Assembly (NCBI GenBank): GCA_012840225.1
Contig: DULU01000066.1
Coordinates: 45,226 to 109,225, forward strand
Reading direction: 5' to 3'
DNA: 64,000 nt
Source of the DNA: Bacillota bacterium
GTDB taxonomy: Bacteria > Bacillota > Limnochordia > DTU080
Part shown: positions 9,540 to 19,255 of the stretch, in pieces
Layout of the letters: each line of letters begins with the position of its first letter
Position numbering within the stretch: the first letter of the stretch is position 1
Program-made: the position numbers and the translations under genes
Notes under the pieces: model-generated
The model's database searches: none
What the model saw: the letters and a program-made list of their open reading frames with translations, nothing else
Told to the model about the DNA's origin: nothing

Positions 9540-10844
9540 ATGAAAAAAACCATATTGTCTTTGGTGATGTTGACTGCAATCTGCAGCCTGGCAGGAGTAG
9601 CTTATGTTCATGCCTCTCAGACCCAGACTCAGACGGTGAACCTCTGGATATGGTCTTTTCCCGATCAGGTGGGTGTGTTCAATGAGATTGCCGCGGCCTT
9701 TGAAAAGGACAACCCCGATATCAAAATTGAGATGGTGGTGCCCAATGTCGCTGATTACCTGGAGAAGCTCACGGTGGCCATCGCTGGCGGCGCCGCTCCG
9801 GACGTGGCTTATCTCTCTCAAGGTTGGATGCCGCCGCTGGCCGTGGCCGGCAGCTTTGCCGATCTGACGCCATACATCAACCGTGACGGTTATGATCTGA
9901 ACGCATATTTCCCCGCCGTCATGGATAGTTTCCGCTATGGGGACAAGGTATATGGTTTGCCGTTCGATTTTATGCCCCACGCTATAGCTTACAATATCGA
10001 TTTGTTTGATGCTGCCGGCTTGAGCCGGCCTCCGGATCAAATAGATGATATGGACCGTTGGAAGTGGGCCGATTTCAGAATAGCCGTCCAAAAAATACAA
10101 GAACGTCATCCCGATGGGTCGATAAAGACAGCAGGTTTCAGGCAACAGGCTCATTGGCGTGAGGTGTGGTTTCTTCTGTGGCAGAATGGGGCGGAATTCC
10201 TGAATTCCACCTGCACCCGGGCCGCTCTCAATACATCCGCAGGCATTGAAGCCTACCAGTTCTTTGTGGATTTGATACATGTCTATGATGCCTCGCCGAA
10301 GCTGAGCGAGATAAGCAAGGTAAGGTTTGAACAAGGAAATGTGGGCATGCAAAGCACGGCTCAAGGGTATGGCACCGGCCTCTCCTTCACCTGGGATTAC
10401 ACCTTTATGCCCTGGCAGGTAAATAAAGCCACCACCATGTCGCTCGCCGGATATGCCATGATGGCCCAGACCAAGGTGCCTGAGGCCGCCTGGCGGGTGA
10501 TCAGCTATTTCGCCGGTGAGAAAGCCAACAGAATTCATGTGCAGACGGCTTGGCCCCGCAATGTACCGGCGATGCGCAGCGCCGCTTCTTCAGCAGAGTT
10601 CCTGCAGAAGAATCCCTATTACCGGGTGACTTTACAGTCGACCGCTTTCGCCCGCATTCCGGATGCCAACTATACTTATCGATATAACGATATCCAATCC
10701 TTGGCCACCTCCGAGTTGAGGAAGATGCTGGAGCAAACCAATTCTGTACCGGTTGGTATGGAGAGAATTGCCATGCAGGTTAACGCCATGCTGGCTGAGG
10801 ATGCGGCCAAAGGCTTGGTATGGAGCTGCAATAATCCTAAATAA
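9540..10844 (+). CDS. ABC transporter substrate-binding protein, family 1 (carbohydrate type), SPI-type signal peptide
   Basis: Signal peptide MKKTILSLVMLTAICSLAGVAYVHA, then …AAPDVAYLSQGWMPP… and a conserved C-terminal SBP region. No permease gene is adjacent. Confidence 0.85.
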   Translation: MKKTILSLVMLTAICSLAGVAYVHASQTQTQTVNLWIWSFPDQVGVFNEIAAAFEKDNPDIKIEMVVPNVADYLEKLTVAIAGGAAPDVAYLSQGWMPPLAVAGSFADLTPYINRDGYDLNAYFPAVMDSFRYGDKVYGLPFDFMPHAIAYNIDLFDAAGLSRPPDQIDDMDRWKWADFRIAVQKIQERHPDGSIKTAGFRQQAHWREVWFLLWQNGAEFLNSTCTRAALNTSAGIEAYQFFVDLIHVYDASPKLSEISKVRFEQGNVGMQSTAQGYGTGLSFTWDYTFMPWQVNKATTMSLAGYAMMAQTKVPEAAWRVISYFAGEKANRIHVQTAWPRNVPAMRSAASSAEFLQKNPYYRVTLQSTAFARIPDANYTYRYNDIQSLATSELRKMLEQTNSVPVGMERIAMQVNAMLAEDAAKGLVWSCNNPK

Positions 10845-10880
10845 AACTCGGGGAGAAGGGTTTGGAAAGGCTGGTTGACA

Positions 10881-11912
10881 ATGGCAAAACAAAAGGTCCG
10901 TGTGGGCATCGTTGGGGGAGGAAAAGCCGGCAGAAATTTAGCTTTGGCCTTCAAGGCGGCCGGCCGGGCGGAAGTGGCGGTCTTTTGCACCAGACATGAA
11001 GATTCCGCCCGGGAGGCGGCCAGATGGTGCGATGTGCCGCACTGGACCACCGACCTGGAAGCGATGTTGGCGGATGACAGTATAGATGCCCTGGTCATTG
11101 CTACCCCTGATGAATATCATTGCGAGCAGACCGTCATGGCGGCCAGAGCCGGGAAGCATGTTCTCTGCGAGAAGCCGATGTGCCGCTCGCTCGAGGAAGC
11201 CGAGCGCATGATAGAGGAGGCGGAGCGCCACCAGGTGATCCTGATGATCGGCTTCACCGAGCGCTACAGCCATCCGTGCCATGAGGCCAAAAGGCGCATT
11301 GACGAGGGCGAGATCGGCACCCCGCGGATGATCCTCGCCAGGAGATGTCATCCCCGTTCCATCGTGCGTGGGCGGAGTTGGCTGAACGATCTGGAGACCG
11401 GGGGTGTGTTGAATTATGCCGGCACGCACAACATTGATCTCATCTGCTGGTTCATGGGCGCGAGACCCGAGCGGGTATATGCCGAGATGGGGCAGTTGAT
11501 ACTGACAGGACAGAATTTTACAGACGGCGCCGTGATGACCTTCAGGTTTTCCAACGGGGGTATAGCCGCTCTATATGAAACCTTCGCCTACCCGGGCCGC
11601 TATCCTCACGGCGTGGACCGCAACATTGAGATCCTCGGCGACCGGGGGGTAATAAAGATCGACTTTATGTCCCAGCCGCTTATGATGTATACCGAAGAGG
11701 GAGCGCAGGTGGTGGACTCCATCACCTGGCCGGCTGCCGGAGGGAAAATCGGAGGTGCCCTCCAGGCCGAGGTGGAGCATTTCATCCGGTGCATTGAGAG
11801 CGGGGAAAGACCGCTCACTTCCGGCGCTGAGGGCAAACTGGCCCTGCAGATCGCCCTGGCGGCGAGAGAAGCAGCGCAAAGCGGCAAGGCCGTGACCATC
11901 GGTAAGGTGTGA
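10881..11912 (+). CDS. Gfo/Idh/MocA-family oxidoreductase
   Basis: VRVGIVGGGKAG Rossmann motif and the LCEKP motif. ATG 10881 is preferred; the track uses in-frame TTG 10875. Confidence 0.85.
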   Translation: MAKQKVRVGIVGGGKAGRNLALAFKAAGRAEVAVFCTRHEDSAREAARWCDVPHWTTDLEAMLADDSIDALVIATPDEYHCEQTVMAARAGKHVLCEKPMCRSLEEAERMIEEAERHQVILMIGFTERYSHPCHEAKRRIDEGEIGTPRMILARRCHPRSIVRGRSWLNDLETGGVLNYAGTHNIDLICWFMGARPERVYAEMGQLILTGQNFTDGAVMTFRFSNGGIAALYETFAYPGRYPHGVDRNIEILGDRGVIKIDFMSQPLMMYTEEGAQVVDSITWPAAGGKIGGALQAEVEHFIRCIESGERPLTSGAEGKLALQIALAAREAAQSGKAVTIGKV

Positions 11913-11970
11913 CGGGCGGAGTGCGACGGCAATTTTACGACCAGGTCTTGTGAATAAGGAGGCGCAAGGT

Positions 11971-12984
11971 ATGCGGTTCGCTCTTATAGGCCATACGGAT
12001 CACTGGGCTGAATATGGGCCCATGCTTAAAGAAGAAAAAGATGTCGAGCTGGTGGCGGTGACCGTCGGCGCACCGGAGGAGACGCTGGAGCGGGTGGCGA
12101 AGGCGCCGGGGGTCAGCGGAAAAACAAAGGTCTATCCCACCCCCGAGGAGATGTTCCGGGAGGAGAAGCTGGATCTGGTTCAGGTGGCTACCCGTCCGGA
12201 TCTGATTCCCAAATATGTGGCTATGGCCGTCGAGCGGGGCGTGGCGGTGATGGCGGAGAAGCCGCTCGCCATGGATCTTGAGACCCTATATAAATTGTAC
12301 GGGACGGTCAGGGCTGCCGGCGTACCGGTGGCCGCCATGCACGCCCAGAGAGCCGACGGGCCGCTTTGCGCCGTCAAACAGGCAGTGGCCTCAGGAGCCA
12401 TCGGCACTCCCCTGCTTTGTCATAGCCAAAAATCATACAAGTGGAGAGGCAATCGTCCCGACTATTTCCGCACCCGCGCCACCTTCCCCGGCAGTGCCGG
12501 CTATGTCGGCCTGCATGCCATCGACTGGATGTACTGGATCCTCGGCGATATCTTCGAGGCCGTCACGGCCTACGGCACGCAAGCCGTATTTGCCGATTAT
12601 CCGGCCTGTGAGAGTCATTCGGGGTATTTATTCAAACTGGCAGACAACAGAGCCGCCACCTTCACCCTGGATTACCTGCGGCCCAATGAAGCGCCCACTC
12701 ACGGTGATGCCCGGGTGAGAGTGGTGGGCACCAAAGGGGTAGTGGAGAGCGTCTTCAACGACGGTTACGCCACCTTGATAGATGAAAAAGGGGCGCGGCA
12801 GATCAGCGGCGTTTCCGGGCTGGCCTGGTATACCAGTTTCGTCAGGGCGGTCAAGGGCGTGGGCGAGTCTTTCCTCAGCGTCGCCGCCGCCTTCCGCATC
12901 ACCGAGATTGCCCTCAAAGCCCAACAGGCCTTAGATAGCGGGGAGACGGTCTCCCTGAAGGATTCTCCCTATGCCGGCCATTGA
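11971..12984 (+). CDS. Gfo/Idh/MocA-like protein with a degenerate dinucleotide-binding motif
   Basis: The GFO fold is evident (…VMAEKPLA…), but the N-terminus reads MRFALIGHTDHWAEY rather than GxGxxG. An AAGGAGG RBS lies 9 nt upstream of ATG 11971. The track starts at GTG 11950, which sits inside that RBS. Confidence 0.7.
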   Translation: MRFALIGHTDHWAEYGPMLKEEKDVELVAVTVGAPEETLERVAKAPGVSGKTKVYPTPEEMFREEKLDLVQVATRPDLIPKYVAMAVERGVAVMAEKPLAMDLETLYKLYGTVRAAGVPVAAMHAQRADGPLCAVKQAVASGAIGTPLLCHSQKSYKWRGNRPDYFRTRATFPGSAGYVGLHAIDWMYWILGDIFEAVTAYGTQAVFADYPACESHSGYLFKLADNRAATFTLDYLRPNEAPTHGDARVRVVGTKGVVESVFNDGYATLIDEKGARQISGVSGLAWYTSFVRAVKGVGESFLSVAAAFRITEIALKAQQALDSGETVSLKDSPYAGH

Positions 12985-13004
12985 AGACGGGAGGTTATGT
13001 GGTG

Positions 13005-13949
13005 ATGAAGAGAGTGAGAATAGCCGTCGTCGGTGCCGGCGCTATGGCGAGGAGCGTCTATCTCCCCGCTTTGGCGGCGATAAGTGAAGAAGTGATTCTC
13101 GATACGGTGGTGGATATCGACCAAGTGAAGGCCGAGTGGGCTAAGGAGCGCTACGGTTTCCGCCGGGCGGCGGCCCATGTGTCCGAAGTGCGAGAAGGGG
13201 ATGTCGAAGCGGCGTTGGTAATCACTCCGGTGCGGGAGGGCCTTGACGCCCACTATGAGCCGGTGATGGAACTATGCCGCCGGGGGATTTATGTCCTGTG
13301 CGAGAAGCCGCTCACCCTTTCCCGCCGCCGCCTGGAGCAGATGGCGGCACAACCTACCTTGATGCCCATCTTCAACCGCCGCTTCACCCCGGTCTATCAG
13401 CAGGCTCGCCGGCTGTTCTGCGGGGAGAGCCTTCAATGTTTATATGCCCAGAAAAGCGGCAGGGGGCCGGTGACCCGTGAGCTCCTCACCAACAGTATCC
13501 ATATTCTGGATGTAATGCGCTGGATGGCCGGAGAAGTGCGGGAGGTAGAGGCTATGGCGCTCAGCGAGGACCCCAAGCAGGAGTTGGCGCTGGGAGCGTT
13601 GCTGCGCTTTGCCTCCGGAGCCGTCGGCATATTCCACATGAGCAGAGGCGCAGGGCAGTGGGTGGAAAGGCTGGAGGCTACCGGCCATGGCCGGACGGTT
13701 TGTGTGGAGGCGCCGCACCTGGTAAGGTGGGCTTTTGAGGATAAGGTGGAGGAATATCGCCCCGACCTCAACCGCTGGATCATGCCCGCCGAGGCTAAGT
13801 TCGGTTTCACCCCCTGCTTGCAAAGGTTTTTGGCCTGGGTGCGGGGAATAGAGCCGGAAGCAGGAATCACCGGCCCGGATGCGGCCCAGTCATATTATCT
13901 GGCCGACCGGATTTTGCGCACCGCCGGGCTGCCCGGTCTGGATGAGTAG
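13005..13949 (+). CDS. Gfo/Idh/MocA-family oxidoreductase
   Basis: MKRVRIAVVGAGAMA…LCEKPLT. GGGAGG RBS. The stop of the preceding gene (12982-12984) lies just upstream, so translation is likely coupled. Confidence 0.8.
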   Translation: MKRVRIAVVGAGAMARSVYLPALAAISEEVILDTVVDIDQVKAEWAKERYGFRRAAAHVSEVREGDVEAALVITPVREGLDAHYEPVMELCRRGIYVLCEKPLTLSRRRLEQMAAQPTLMPIFNRRFTPVYQQARRLFCGESLQCLYAQKSGRGPVTRELLTNSIHILDVMRWMAGEVREVEAMALSEDPKQELALGALLRFASGAVGIFHMSRGAGQWVERLEATGHGRTVCVEAPHLVRWAFEDKVEEYRPDLNRWIMPAEAKFGFTPCLQRFLAWVRGIEPEAGITGPDAAQSYYLADRILRTAGLPGLDE

Positions 13950-13991
13950 ACGAGTAGAATGGTGCCGCTCCGGGCTGCGCGGAGATGAAAG

Positions 13992-14993
13992 ATGATGCAG
14001 AAGATGAAAATTCTAATCACCACACGCACTTTTACCCGCTTTAATGCCGAGCTGATTGAGGAGTTGGCTGCTGCCGGTTATAGTGTCGTTACGAACACAT
14101 ACGGCCGCCTACTGGAAGAAGAGGAGCTTATCCCATTGATCGCCGATGCCGATGGGGTGATCGCCGGGCTCGACCCCTTTGGCCCGGCTGTCTTGCGGGC
14201 AGCGCAGCGGCTGCGGGTGATAGCGAGATATGGGGTGGGGTTGGACAACATCGACATCCCGCTGGCTACAGAGCTGGGCATAGTGGTGACCAACACCCCC
14301 GGAGCCAACAAAGTGGCGGTAGCGGAGCAGGCTATTGGGCTCATGTTCGCTTTAGCCCGCCATATTGTCACCGAAAGCCGGGCGATAAAGAGGGGCGTTT
14401 GGGAAGGCGGCGTCGGCATGGAGCTCTCCGGGAAGATATTGGGCGTGGTGGGCACCGGCCGCATCGGCAGGGAAGTGGCGGCGCTGGGGTTGGGTTTGCG
14501 CATGCAGGTGCTCTGTTACGACATCTACCCCGATCACCGCTGGGCGGGCACCTTGGGTGTGCAGTATGTCTCCTTGCCGGAGCTACTTTCCACAGCCGAT
14601 GTGGTCAGTCTGCATGTGCCGGCCGCCCGGGATACCTTTCATCTGATCGGTGCGGAAGAACTAAACATGATGAAATCCACGGCCCTGCTGATTAACACAG
14701 CCAGAGCGGAAATCATTGATGAAGCCGCCCTTTGCCGGGCTTTGCGGGAGGGGCGCCTCAGGGGGGCCGGCCTCGATGTGCTGGAGCGGGACTCGCCTTT
14801 TGCAGAGGAGCTATTGTCCATGGACCAGGTGGTCGTCACCCCGCATTCCGGCGCTCACACGGTGGAAGCCATTGCCAGAATGGGCCGGGAGGCGGTGGAC
14901 AACTTGCTGGCGGTGATGAAGGGGGAGCGGCCGCCGGGCATCGTCAATAAAGAGGTTTTCGACCTGCCGGTTTGTCGGGTGACCGGCAGCTAG
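13992..14993 (+). CDS. D-isomer-specific 2-hydroxyacid dehydrogenase (PGDH/GHPR-like)
   Basis: GVVGTGRIGREVA NAD-binding motif and catalytic-region VTPHSGAHT. GGAG RBS 7 nt upstream. Confidence 0.85.
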   Translation: MMQKMKILITTRTFTRFNAELIEELAAAGYSVVTNTYGRLLEEEELIPLIADADGVIAGLDPFGPAVLRAAQRLRVIARYGVGLDNIDIPLATELGIVVTNTPGANKVAVAEQAIGLMFALARHIVTESRAIKRGVWEGGVGMELSGKILGVVGTGRIGREVAALGLGLRMQVLCYDIYPDHRWAGTLGVQYVSLPELLSTADVVSLHVPAARDTFHLIGAEELNMMKSTALLINTARAEIIDEAALCRALREGRLRGAGLDVLERDSPFAEELLSMDQVVVTPHSGAHTVEAIARMGREAVDNLLAVMKGERPPGIVNKEVFDLPVCRVTGS

Positions 14994-15036
14994 TTCGGTC
15001 GGGTGGCCGGGTGGCTGAGGAGACGAGGAGTCGGTT

Positions 15037-16509
15037 ATGGACTGCTTTTTGGGCGTGGATATTGGTACCTCCAGCTGCCGGGTGGTTATATTGCTTGATG
15101 ATCTAACCATAGCCGGCGAACTGCGGCATGACTACGACCTGGAATGTCCCCGTCCCGGTCAGGCCGAGCAGGATGTGGAGGAAATCACCCGCATCGTGCT
15201 GGAGCTGATCGAGCAAGGCTTGTCCAGGTGCCGGAGCAGGGGCTTCACCGTCCGGGCTCTGGGCATTGCCGCCGCCATTTGTAATATGGTCTGTCTGGAT
15301 AAAGACGGCCGGCCGTTGATGAAAGCTTGGACCTGGGCCGATCTGCGAAGCCACAAGCAGGCTGAATATCTGAAAGCGACATACGGCCGGAAGTTTTATT
15401 TTAGAACCGGTTGTCCATTTCATCCCATGTATTGGCCGGCCAGGCTATTGTATATAAAAGAAAACCTGCCGGAGGTATTTAAAAACACCCGTTATATAGT
15501 CTCCCTGAAAGATTACATTATATATCGGCTGACCGGGAGGCGGGTGGCGGACTTGTCTTTGGCCTCGGCCACCGGCCTGCTGAATATTCACACGCTCGGC
15601 TGGGATGACGAGTTGCTGCGGGTGCTGGGTGTGGCGCCGGAAATGCTCTGGGAACCTGTCGAGCCCACGGCTGTGATAGGAAGGCTGGATCGGGGCGGCG
15701 AGGGCGGCGACGGTGCTGGTCCGCTTCTTGTGGCCGGCGCCTCCGACGGCGCTTTGTCCAATGTGGGGTGCGGGGCGCTCGCTCCCGGGGTGATGGCGCT
15801 GATGATCGGGAGCAGCGGGGCCATGCGGGTGGCTACTGCCGCACCGCTCCTGAGCAGCGACAATGCCACCTGGTGCTATTATCTGGGAGATCAGCTCCGG
15901 CTGACCGGTGGTTCTACCAATAATGGCGGCAACGTCCTCAAATGGTTCCGCCATAATATCATGGACGACCGGCTGGATTATCAAACTATGAGCACGCTGG
16001 CCGCCACGGTGCCTCCCGGCTGCGAAGGCCTGTTTTTCCTGCCTTTTTTGGCCGGCGAGCGCTGTCCACACTGGCGCTCCGGCGCCAGGGGAGTGTTCCA
16101 TGGCCTCACCCTGACCCATACCAAAGCCCATGTGGTGCGGGCGATGATGGAAGGGGTGGCCTTTCAGATGTATAGCGTCTTTACCTCTCTGCAGAAGCTG
16201 GTCGGCCCACCGGGGGAGATCCGTGTCGGTGGCGGGGTAGTACAGTCTCCGGTGTGGCTGGGCATCCTGGCCGATCTTTTCGACCAGCCTCTCTTGATTC
16301 CCCGCTATAACGAAGGCAGCGCTGTCGGCGCCGCCATCCTGAGCATGAGAGCCCGGTATGAACAAAAAACATTAGCGGACATCGGCAGATTAGTACCGAT
16401 AGAGAGAATTGTAGAACCGGATGAGGAGAGAGCGCAGCAGTATCGCCGACTTTATCAGAAGTACGGCCTTCTGTATGAAATATTGGTACCAGACCTGATG
16501 GGAGGTTGA
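15037..16509 (+). CDS. FGGY-family carbohydrate kinase (gluconokinase/xylulokinase-like)
   Basis: N-terminal FLGVDIGTSSCRVVIL ATPase motif. Two-domain FGGY architecture of about 490 aa. GAGGAG RBS. Confidence 0.85.
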   Translation: MDCFLGVDIGTSSCRVVILLDDLTIAGELRHDYDLECPRPGQAEQDVEEITRIVLELIEQGLSRCRSRGFTVRALGIAAAICNMVCLDKDGRPLMKAWTWADLRSHKQAEYLKATYGRKFYFRTGCPFHPMYWPARLLYIKENLPEVFKNTRYIVSLKDYIIYRLTGRRVADLSLASATGLLNIHTLGWDDELLRVLGVAPEMLWEPVEPTAVIGRLDRGGEGGDGAGPLLVAGASDGALSNVGCGALAPGVMALMIGSSGAMRVATAAPLLSSDNATWCYYLGDQLRLTGGSTNNGGNVLKWFRHNIMDDRLDYQTMSTLAATVPPGCEGLFFLPFLAGERCPHWRSGARGVFHGLTLTHTKAHVVRAMMEGVAFQMYSVFTSLQKLVGPPGEIRVGGGVVQSPVWLGILADLFDQPLLIPRYNEGSAVGAAILSMRARYEQKTLADIGRLVPIERIVEPDEERAQQYRRLYQKYGLLYEILVPDLMGG

Positions 16510-16515
16510 GAATTC

Positions 16516-17541
16516 ATGACCAAGTTGGGAGCGGCGGTGATCGGCGCCGGAAATATGGGGAAGATGCATGCCCGGATTTATAAGGAATTATATCAGGCCG
16601 AGCTGATTGCGGTAGCGGACATTAATGAGGAGCGGGCGAGGGAACTGGCCACGGCTATGGGTGGGGTGGATTATTATAAAGATTATACTGAGATGCTCAA
16701 AGACGAGCGCATCGAAGTGATCAGCGTGACCACGCCCGACCACCTGCATGAAGAGCCGGTGACCGCCTGCCTGGAGGCAGGTCGCCACGTGCTGGTGGAG
16801 AAGCCGCTTGCTACCAGCCTGGAGGCCTGCGATCGCATGCTGGCGGCGGAGAAGAAGGCGGGCAAAATCTTGATGGTCAACTTCAACCACCGCTGGGCTC
16901 CGCCATATGCGGCGACTAAAAACCAGCTGAGGCAGGGAAAGCAGGGGCGGCCGGTGATGGCCTATGCCCGCAAAAACGATACCATATGGGTGCCGACCGG
17001 CATGTGCCCCTGGCTGCAGCACTCTTCTTCCGCCGATTTCCTCTCCAGCCACGACATCGATCTGGTGCGCTGGTTCTTTGAGCTGGAGGTGAAGAGCGTC
17101 TATGCCTGTGGGGTGAAAAGGGTGCTCAAAGGCATGGGCTATGATACCTATGACGCCATACAGGCTTTGGTGCGCTTCGACGGCGATGCCATCGCCACCT
17201 TTGAATCGGCCTGGATATATCCGGACACCTACCCGACTCTGACCGATTCCTTTATAGAACTGGTGATGGAGCGGGGCGTGATCCACATCGACCGCCAGCG
17301 GGAGATGGTCGATGCCGTGGACAATGAAAAGCATTATTATCCCAAGAGCAACCTGAGCTGCGAGATCGAGGGGCGCCTGCAGGGGGCTTTTAAGTATTGC
17401 ATCGAGCATTTCCTGCACTGTGCGGAGACGGGCGCCATGCCTATGACCTCCGCCGCCGATGCCCGCAAGACAGCCGAGGTGGTGGCGGCCATCCACCGTT
17501 CCCTGGAGACGGGCCAGGTGGTGGAGCTGCCGCTTCGCTAG
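16516..17541 (+). CDS. Gfo/Idh/MocA-family oxidoreductase
   Basis: LGAAVIGAGNMG…LVEKPLA. GGAGG RBS 10 nt upstream. Confidence 0.85.
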   Translation: MTKLGAAVIGAGNMGKMHARIYKELYQAELIAVADINEERARELATAMGGVDYYKDYTEMLKDERIEVISVTTPDHLHEEPVTACLEAGRHVLVEKPLATSLEACDRMLAAEKKAGKILMVNFNHRWAPPYAATKNQLRQGKQGRPVMAYARKNDTIWVPTGMCPWLQHSSSADFLSSHDIDLVRWFFELEVKSVYACGVKRVLKGMGYDTYDAIQALVRFDGDAIATFESAWIYPDTYPTLTDSFIELVMERGVIHIDRQREMVDAVDNEKHYYPKSNLSCEIEGRLQGAFKYCIEHFLHCAETGAMPMTSAADARKTAEVVAAIHRSLETGQVVELPLR

Positions 17542-17589
17542 GCGCCTTGTTGGCCGGGTACCTCTAAGGGCCTTGGGGGTATCTGCCCG

Positions 17590-18939
17590 TCAGGCGCTGA
17601 TCTCCACCACCACCCGACGATAGGTGGTGAGGGGCGGCTCGCCGTCGTCCTGCACCTCCAGGATGATGTGCAGCTGGTGGCCGCCGGCGTCCTCCGGCAC
17701 CGGCAAGCGGCAGACAGGCGTGTCGGCTTCGTGCAGCTCGACCGGCCCGGTATAAGTGCCGGCTTCCTGGTACATCCACCAACTGAAACACAGGCTGTCG
17801 CCGTCGGGATCGGTTGAAGCCGAGGCGTCGAGGGTGAGCGTCTCGCCGGGATGGGCGGCAATAAAGTGAGGGGCGCGGGTCGGCGGAGCGCCAACCAGGG
17901 CGGCGAGCGGCGGGTGGTTGGCGACGGTAGCCGGTTTCACGCACCAATCCATGCGGGCGGCAAAATCGTTCTGGAAAGCTGCCCGCCAGCGAAAGACGGT
18001 CGCCCGGTGGCTGGTCTCGCCGGCTTCGGTGTCCAGGGCATCCTGGAAGAAGCTGCCGTTTTTGGTGAAACGGCCTCCCCAACCGCCCCAATCGGGTCGC
18101 CCGGGCACATTGAGGCCGTTTTCCAGAAAATAGAACCAGGAGGGGGTGTCTCCCTCCTTAAGGCAACCGTGGGGGTTAGGCGCTGTCCAGGTCTGCAGGG
18201 GATAAAGCCGGCCCAAGGGGCCGTGCTCTTGCGCAATGTTTTCCTTCACCCACTCAGCGGAGGTGAGCGTTTCGTCGCCGCCGAGATACATGCCGCGATA
18301 GCAGGAAGAAAGCTTTTTACCGCTTCTCGACATGTTTAATATATAGAAGAGTGCGGGGAAATGGCGGCGGATCCAGGGGCCGGTGGCATCCTGGTCGCCG
18401 ATGGTATGGACGCGGATTTTGGCCAGAAAGCGTTCCAGCTCTGCTTGGCTCCGATCCCGGCGCACCCGCCACAAGGCTTGAGCCAAATCGGCCGGGCCGC
18501 CCCACACAGCCACATTGACCGGGCGGGGGTCCTCACGATCGACCACGGCGATTATCCAGTCTGAACCTTCCGTATCTTTCCCCTCGCCGATCACCTTTTC
18601 TGCCGGGCCCGGATCCCCCTCCAGGGAAGTGGGCACGTTCACCATGCCTCTCTTCAGACAGCTGTTCAGGTATCCGGCGTCAGGGTAGCCGGCGGCATGC
18701 CGGGCCAAATTGGCCTGCACCTCACCATAGGCCGAGATGATCTCTCTGACCAGCTGCATCTGGCTTTCGGCATCGATGCCCCGCCTGGCGTGCTCGTTTC
18801 CGCTCCACAACTCGGGGATGATGCCCTCAATTGTAAATTCATTGGCATAGGTCAAGAGGCGGATCAGGCTTTGCTGGTCGTCGGGATCGCCCCCGATATC
18901 GGTGAGCACCACGAGGCGCGGTTTCCGGCTTGTGGTCAA
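17590..18939 (-). CDS. DUF1593 (Sde182-type nucleoside-hydrolase-like) domain protein with a C-terminal Ig-like domain
   Basis: PRLVVLTDIGGDPDDQQSLIRLLTYANEFTIEGII is the DUF1593 N-terminal signature. The C-terminal domain is beta-rich (…DPDGDSLCFSWWMYQEAG…). TTG start with an AAGGAGG RBS 8 nt upstream. Confidence 0.7.
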   Translation of the reverse strand: MTTSRKPRLVVLTDIGGDPDDQQSLIRLLTYANEFTIEGIIPELWSGNEHARRGIDAESQMQLVREIISAYGEVQANLARHAAGYPDAGYLNSCLKRGMVNVPTSLEGDPGPAEKVIGEGKDTEGSDWIIAVVDREDPRPVNVAVWGGPADLAQALWRVRRDRSQAELERFLAKIRVHTIGDQDATGPWIRRHFPALFYILNMSRSGKKLSSCYRGMYLGGDETLTSAEWVKENIAQEHGPLGRLYPLQTWTAPNPHGCLKEGDTPSWFYFLENGLNVPGRPDWGGWGGRFTKNGSFFQDALDTEAGETSHRATVFRWRAAFQNDFAARMDWCVKPATVANHPPLAALVGAPPTRAPHFIAAHPGETLTLDASASTDPDGDSLCFSWWMYQEAGTYTGPVELHEADTPVCRLPVPEDAGGHQLHIILEVQDDGEPPLTTYRRVVVEISA

Positions 18940-19255
18940 GGCTAATACCTCCTTGCATGAAGTGGCGGCGGTGATTAGGCGGCCGGCATATTGTTGAATT
19001 TGGCAGGAGCCGGTTTTTTCCTGCGCACCTTGTGACTGCTCAATAGCCTTCTGTTTTCAACTTACGACGCGGGGAGGTGCGCATTTTTTCCAAAGTACCT
19101 CAAAGTAAATAAATATAAAAAGGTGTGTGCACCGGTAAGCTCGTATACTATGTATACCAATACCTGGATTACACCACCACCGGAGACCGGCGCCGGCAGT
19201 GCAAGGCCGCCGGACCGGCGATAAATCAGAATTGCCGAAAGGAGCCGATTAAGCG

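Noticed and set aside
15445-16365. 306-aa ORF antisense to the FGGY kinase gene, and the 302-aa ORF at 16588..17496 antisense to a GFO gene
   Set aside because: Both lie within strongly supported sense genes and have spurious high-GC antisense composition.
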